Shown one piece after another: positions 60,685-64,000 of a stretch of 64,000 nucleotides of DNA (within the stretch, counting starts at the first letter, position 1; each line of letters begins with the position of its first letter). The stretch spans positions 32,001 through 96,000 of the forward strand of contig CBDDCX010000005.1 of NCBI GenBank assembly GCA_965226375.1, given 5' to 3'. This DNA comes from Longimicrobiales bacterium (GTDB taxonomy: Bacteria > Gemmatimonadota > Gemmatimonadetes > Longimicrobiales > Gaopeijiaceae). The notes under the pieces are model-generated. The model did no database searches, was not told the DNA's origin, and saw only the letters and a list, made by a program, of their open reading frames with translations. The position numbers and the translations under genes were made by a program.

Positions 60685-61188
60685 ATGAACGACAAGATGC
60701 AGGCCGCATTCAACGAGCAGATCAAGCAAGAGTTCTACGCAGGATATCTCTACCTTTCCATGTCCGCCCACTTCGAGGCCGAGAATCTTCCCGGCTTCGC
60801 CCACTGGATGAGGTTGCAAGCCCAGGAGGAGTCGGAGCACGCCCTGCGGCTGTTCGACCACATACTGCGCCGTGGCGGGCGGGTCGAGCTCCAGGAGATG
60901 GACGGCCCTCAGACGCAGTTCGGACCGCCTGCGGAAGTGTTCGAGAGTGTGTTTGCCCACGAGCAGAAGGTGACGGGGCTGATCCATCGCCTCTTCGAGC
61001 TTGCGGGGGAGGAGGGCGATTGGGCAGCTCAGCAGGAGCTGCAGTGGTTCATCGCCGAACAGGTCGAGGAAGAGGACGCCGCCTCGGCGGCCCGGGATCA
61101 GGTTCGCATGGCCGGCGACGATCAGGCCGCGCTTCTCATGCTGGATCGGGAGTTTGGCGCCAGGGTTTTGGAGAACGACGAAGCTTGA
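60685..61188 (+). CDS. ftnA: Non-heme ferritin
   Basis: NEQIKQEFYAGYLYLSMS, QAQEESEHA, HEQKVT, LQWFIAEQVEEE (ferroxidase centre). Confidence 0.92.
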   Translation: MNDKMQAAFNEQIKQEFYAGYLYLSMSAHFEAENLPGFAHWMRLQAQEESEHALRLFDHILRRGGRVELQEMDGPQTQFGPPAEVFESVFAHEQKVTGLIHRLFELAGEEGDWAAQQELQWFIAEQVEEEDAASAARDQVRMAGDDQAALLMLDREFGARVLENDEA

Positions 61189-61217
61189 TCCTCCACCATA
61201 GGCGGAGAGCGTAACCC

Positions 61218-63053
61218 GTGCCCCCGGGTCTGGGGCGACCCCGCTCGGTCGATCTTCCGCCCTTCAAAGAACGTTTGGTGGCGCTCCGCCTCGTGCCACG
61301 CTTCCTGCGCATGGTCTGGCGCGCTCATCCTCGTTACGCCGCTGCCATCGTTTCTCTGCGGCTGGTACTGGCGTTCTCGCCGGTTGTGCAGCTGTGGATC
61401 GGCAAGTTCATCATCGACGGGGTGGTGGCCAACATCGGGGCCGCGCAGCCCGATTGGACCGGTATCATGCGGCTGGTGGCGCTGGAGCTGGCGGTCGCCC
61501 TGGTGTCCGACCTCTTCCAAAGGGCGTCCAACCTGTTGGAGAGCCTGCTGGCCGATCTCTTCGGCAACCGGCTCTCCGTCCGCATCATGGAACACGCCGC
61601 GACACTCGATCTGGAAAATTTCGAGGATCCCGAGTTCTATGACTCGCTCGAAAGGGCCCGGCGCCAGACCGTAGGGCGCATCGGTCTGGTCGCGCTGCTC
61701 CTCGGCATCGGGCAGAGCGCCCTGACGCTGGCGTCTCTCCTGGTGGCTTTGGTAGCGTTCAACGTGTGGCTCCTGCTGCTACTCGTATTGGCCGTATTGC
61801 CGTCGTTCATCGGCGAGACCCACTTCGCTGGACTGTCGTATTCCTTGCTCTTCAAGTGGACTCCCGAGCGCAGAGAACTCGACTACCTGCGGTACGTGGC
61901 CACCAGCAACGTCACGGCCAAGGAAGTGAAGCTGTTCGGGCTCTCCGACTACTTCACGCGGAAGTACGAACGCTTGGCGGACGAGTTCTACGCGGCCAAC
62001 AAGGCACTCTCCACCAAGCGGGCGGTCACCTCAGGGGGACTGACTGCGGTCTCGACCTTGGGTTACTACGCCGCCAACGTGTTCATCATCGTGGACACGG
62101 TTCGCGGAGTCCTCAGTCTGGGGGATCTCACGTTCCTGGTGGGGTCGTTCCAGAGGAGCCGGGCACTGATCAGTGGCATTCTCTTACGGTCCGCCGACGT
62201 CTACGAGCAGAGCCTTTTTCTCCGAGACCTCTTCACCTTCTTGGAGATGAAGCCCGCTGCTCCGAGCCCGGCTCATCCTGTGCCGGTACCTCGACCCATC
62301 GAGGACGGCATCGTTTTCGAGAACGTCGGGTTCCGGTATCCGGACAGCGACCAGTGGGCCCTTCGCGGTGTCTCACTCCGCATCGGTGCCGGCGAACGGG
62401 TGGCCTTCGTGGGCGAGAACGGGGCCGGGAAGACCACGCTGGTCAAGCTGCTGGCGCGACTCTACGACCCCAATGAGGGACGCATCCTCCTGGATGGAGT
62501 CGACCTGAAGGAGTACGACGTACACGAGTTGAGACGTGCGATCGGAGTCATCTTCCAGGACTTCGTCCGCTACGATCTGGTCATGCGGGAGAACATCGCG
62601 GTGGGTCAAATCGAGGCCCTCGAGGACCAATCGCGTATCGTGCGGGCCGCCGAAGACAGTCTCGCCGACAAGGTCGTGGCCGAGCTCGAGGAGGGGTTTG
62701 AGCACATGCTCGGCCGGCGCTTCAAGGGTGGCGCGAACCTCTCTGGAGGGGAGTGGCAGAAGGTGGGCCTGGCACGCGCCTACATGCGTGACGCCCAGAT
62801 GCTCATTCTGGACGAGCCCACGGCTGCGTTGGACGCCAAGGCCGAGTACCAGGTCTTCGAGCGGTTCGCGGCGCTGACTCGAGGACGGATGGCCGTGCTC
62901 ATCTCTCATCGCTTCTCGACCGTGCGTATGGCCGACCGCATCGTGGTCCTCGAGGACGGTGGCATTGCGGAGGATGGCACCCACGAGGAGCTCTTGGCCC
63001 TGGAGGGTCGATACGCAGAGCTCTTTACGCTACAGGCGGCTGGGTATCGTTAG
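61218..63053 (+). CDS. ABC exporter, fused permease/ATP-binding protein
   Basis: TM domain then GENGAGKT, LSGGEWQK, LDEPT, SHRFST. Confidence 0.92.
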   Translation: MPPGLGRPRSVDLPPFKERLVALRLVPRFLRMVWRAHPRYAAAIVSLRLVLAFSPVVQLWIGKFIIDGVVANIGAAQPDWTGIMRLVALELAVALVSDLFQRASNLLESLLADLFGNRLSVRIMEHAATLDLENFEDPEFYDSLERARRQTVGRIGLVALLLGIGQSALTLASLLVALVAFNVWLLLLLVLAVLPSFIGETHFAGLSYSLLFKWTPERRELDYLRYVATSNVTAKEVKLFGLSDYFTRKYERLADEFYAANKALSTKRAVTSGGLTAVSTLGYYAANVFIIVDTVRGVLSLGDLTFLVGSFQRSRALISGILLRSADVYEQSLFLRDLFTFLEMKPAAPSPAHPVPVPRPIEDGIVFENVGFRYPDSDQWALRGVSLRIGAGERVAFVGENGAGKTTLVKLLARLYDPNEGRILLDGVDLKEYDVHELRRAIGVIFQDFVRYDLVMRENIAVGQIEALEDQSRIVRAAEDSLADKVVAELEEGFEHMLGRRFKGGANLSGGEWQKVGLARAYMRDAQMLILDEPTAALDAKAEYQVFERFAALTRGRMAVLISHRFSTVRMADRIVVLEDGGIAEDGTHEELLALEGRYAELFTLQAAGYR

Positions 63054-63250
63054 CGCACCTACACACGGGATCGTCAGGGCACCTAGGCCCAGAGTTCCTG
63101 TGGAGGAAGGGCGCGTCTGGGTATCGGGGAACTGAGCGCCCCGGCAAAGGACCCGGCTTCTTCCCTCCTGACCCGCGCGGCAGGCGAACGACGCCGGCGA
63201 CAAACTCAGTGCCAGGATGGCCGATCACCGTAGAAACGTAATAATCTGTC

Positions 63251-63736
63251 TCACTCGGTAGACGGGTCCGGACTGATGACTTCGACCTTCTCCATTGCGA
63301 TCTCCTGAAGGGGTCGGTCGCCGGGGCCCGTGGCGGTGGTCCCGATGGTCCGAATCGTCTCGAGGCCCTCGATGACCTTGCCGAAGATCGCGTGCCTCCC
63401 GTCGAGCCACGCGGTCGGAGCCAAAGTCACGAAGAACTGCGAGCCTCCGGTGTTGGGCCCGGAGTTGGCCATGGAAAGCATGCCCTCGGAGTCGTGCTTC
63501 AGCTTGGGATGGAATTCGTCATCGATCGTGTAGCCGGGGCCGCCGGTCCCGGTGCCTGAAGGACAACCGCCCTGGATCATGAAGCCTGCGATGACCCGGT
63601 GAAAGACGATGCCGTCGTAATACTCCTTCTCCACGAGGTCGATGAAGTTCTTTGTCGTCGCGGGCGCCTTTTCCTCGAAGAGCTCGACCTTGAACTCCCC
63701 TTGATTCGTCGTGAATCGTGCGATTCGATTCGGCAT
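63251..63736 (-). CDS. Cyclophilin-type peptidyl-prolyl isomerase
   Basis: FHRVIAGFMIQGG, LSMANSGPNTGGSQFF, WLDGRHAIFG. Confidence 0.96.
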   Translation of the reverse strand: MPNRIARFTTNQGEFKVELFEEKAPATTKNFIDLVEKEYYDGIVFHRVIAGFMIQGGCPSGTGTGGPGYTIDDEFHPKLKHDSEGMLSMANSGPNTGGSQFFVTLAPTAWLDGRHAIFGKVIEGLETIRTIGTTATGPGDRPLQEIAMEKVEVISPDPSTE

Positions 63737-64000
63737 GGACTCACCTATTGCTGAAACGCGCGGGGCCGTCGTTGCGTCCCCGTGCGTCGGTTAGTGCGTG
63801 GCCGGGAGGAGAGCGGACTCCCGAGCGTGACCCGGAACATTCGCGAACCCGACCTCTGAGGTCCAGTCTATCACCGGCTCGGAATTGCCCTGCTGCCCGG
63901 TCCCCGCCTAGAATCCGCAAAGGGCCTGTACCTTGTCCTCTCGCTCCCATCTCCGAAAACGGCAGGAAGAGACCATGGACGTTCCGAGTCACCATCGCCT

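Noticed and set aside
63054..63250. Possible structured element between convergent ABC and cyclophilin genes
   Set aside because: Only weak, gapped complementarity; not distinguishable from chance.
63741..63995. 84-aa ORF at window end
   Set aside because: No recognisable motif and context is cut by the window edge.

Overview
GC-rich bacterial chromosomal window. The gene content (two ADOP/MacB-type duplicated permeases, one with PadR; a BNR/VPS10 protein; a DUF4159-MoxR operon; an 'IHGV' helical-repeat protein) suggests Gemmatimonadota or an Acidobacteria-like lineage; this is inference only. From left to right: partial ABC permease; TPR lipoprotein, broken double-FHA gene and PP2C phosphatase; an 8-gene stand-alone type II fatty-acid/lipid cluster (enoyl reductase, FabH-, FabA-, FabZ-, FabF-like, ACP, acyltransferase, PPTase); an APC-PTS IIA-RCK_C fusion transporter; amidohydrolase; a MITE; guaA; a di-heme NorC-like cytochrome plus a highly divergent NorB-like heme-copper oxidase subunit; an intact IS1595 carrying a P63C passenger and inserted in the last codons of that gene; aminotransferase; RsmC-like methyltransferase; GltD-like/korA/korB; PadR plus ADOP; TPP riboswitch-thiC; a frameshifted BNR protein; a 29-aa repeat protein; a pilin-like pair; ettA; hemG/hemH; a 9-gene MoxR/vWA/DUF58/DUF4159/TPR-peptidase operon with a VNTR-frameshifted member; ferritin; ABC exporter; cyclophilin. 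The best candidate for an undescribed system is the NorBC-like pair, which lacks the helix-VI FeB/CuB His and Glu and has His->Met at a low-spin heme ligand. Next are the MoxR operon with its 18-bp VNTR, the FabA-containing lipid cluster and a set of small palindromic mobile or structured elements. All family calls come from motif recognition by eye; no database searches were run.
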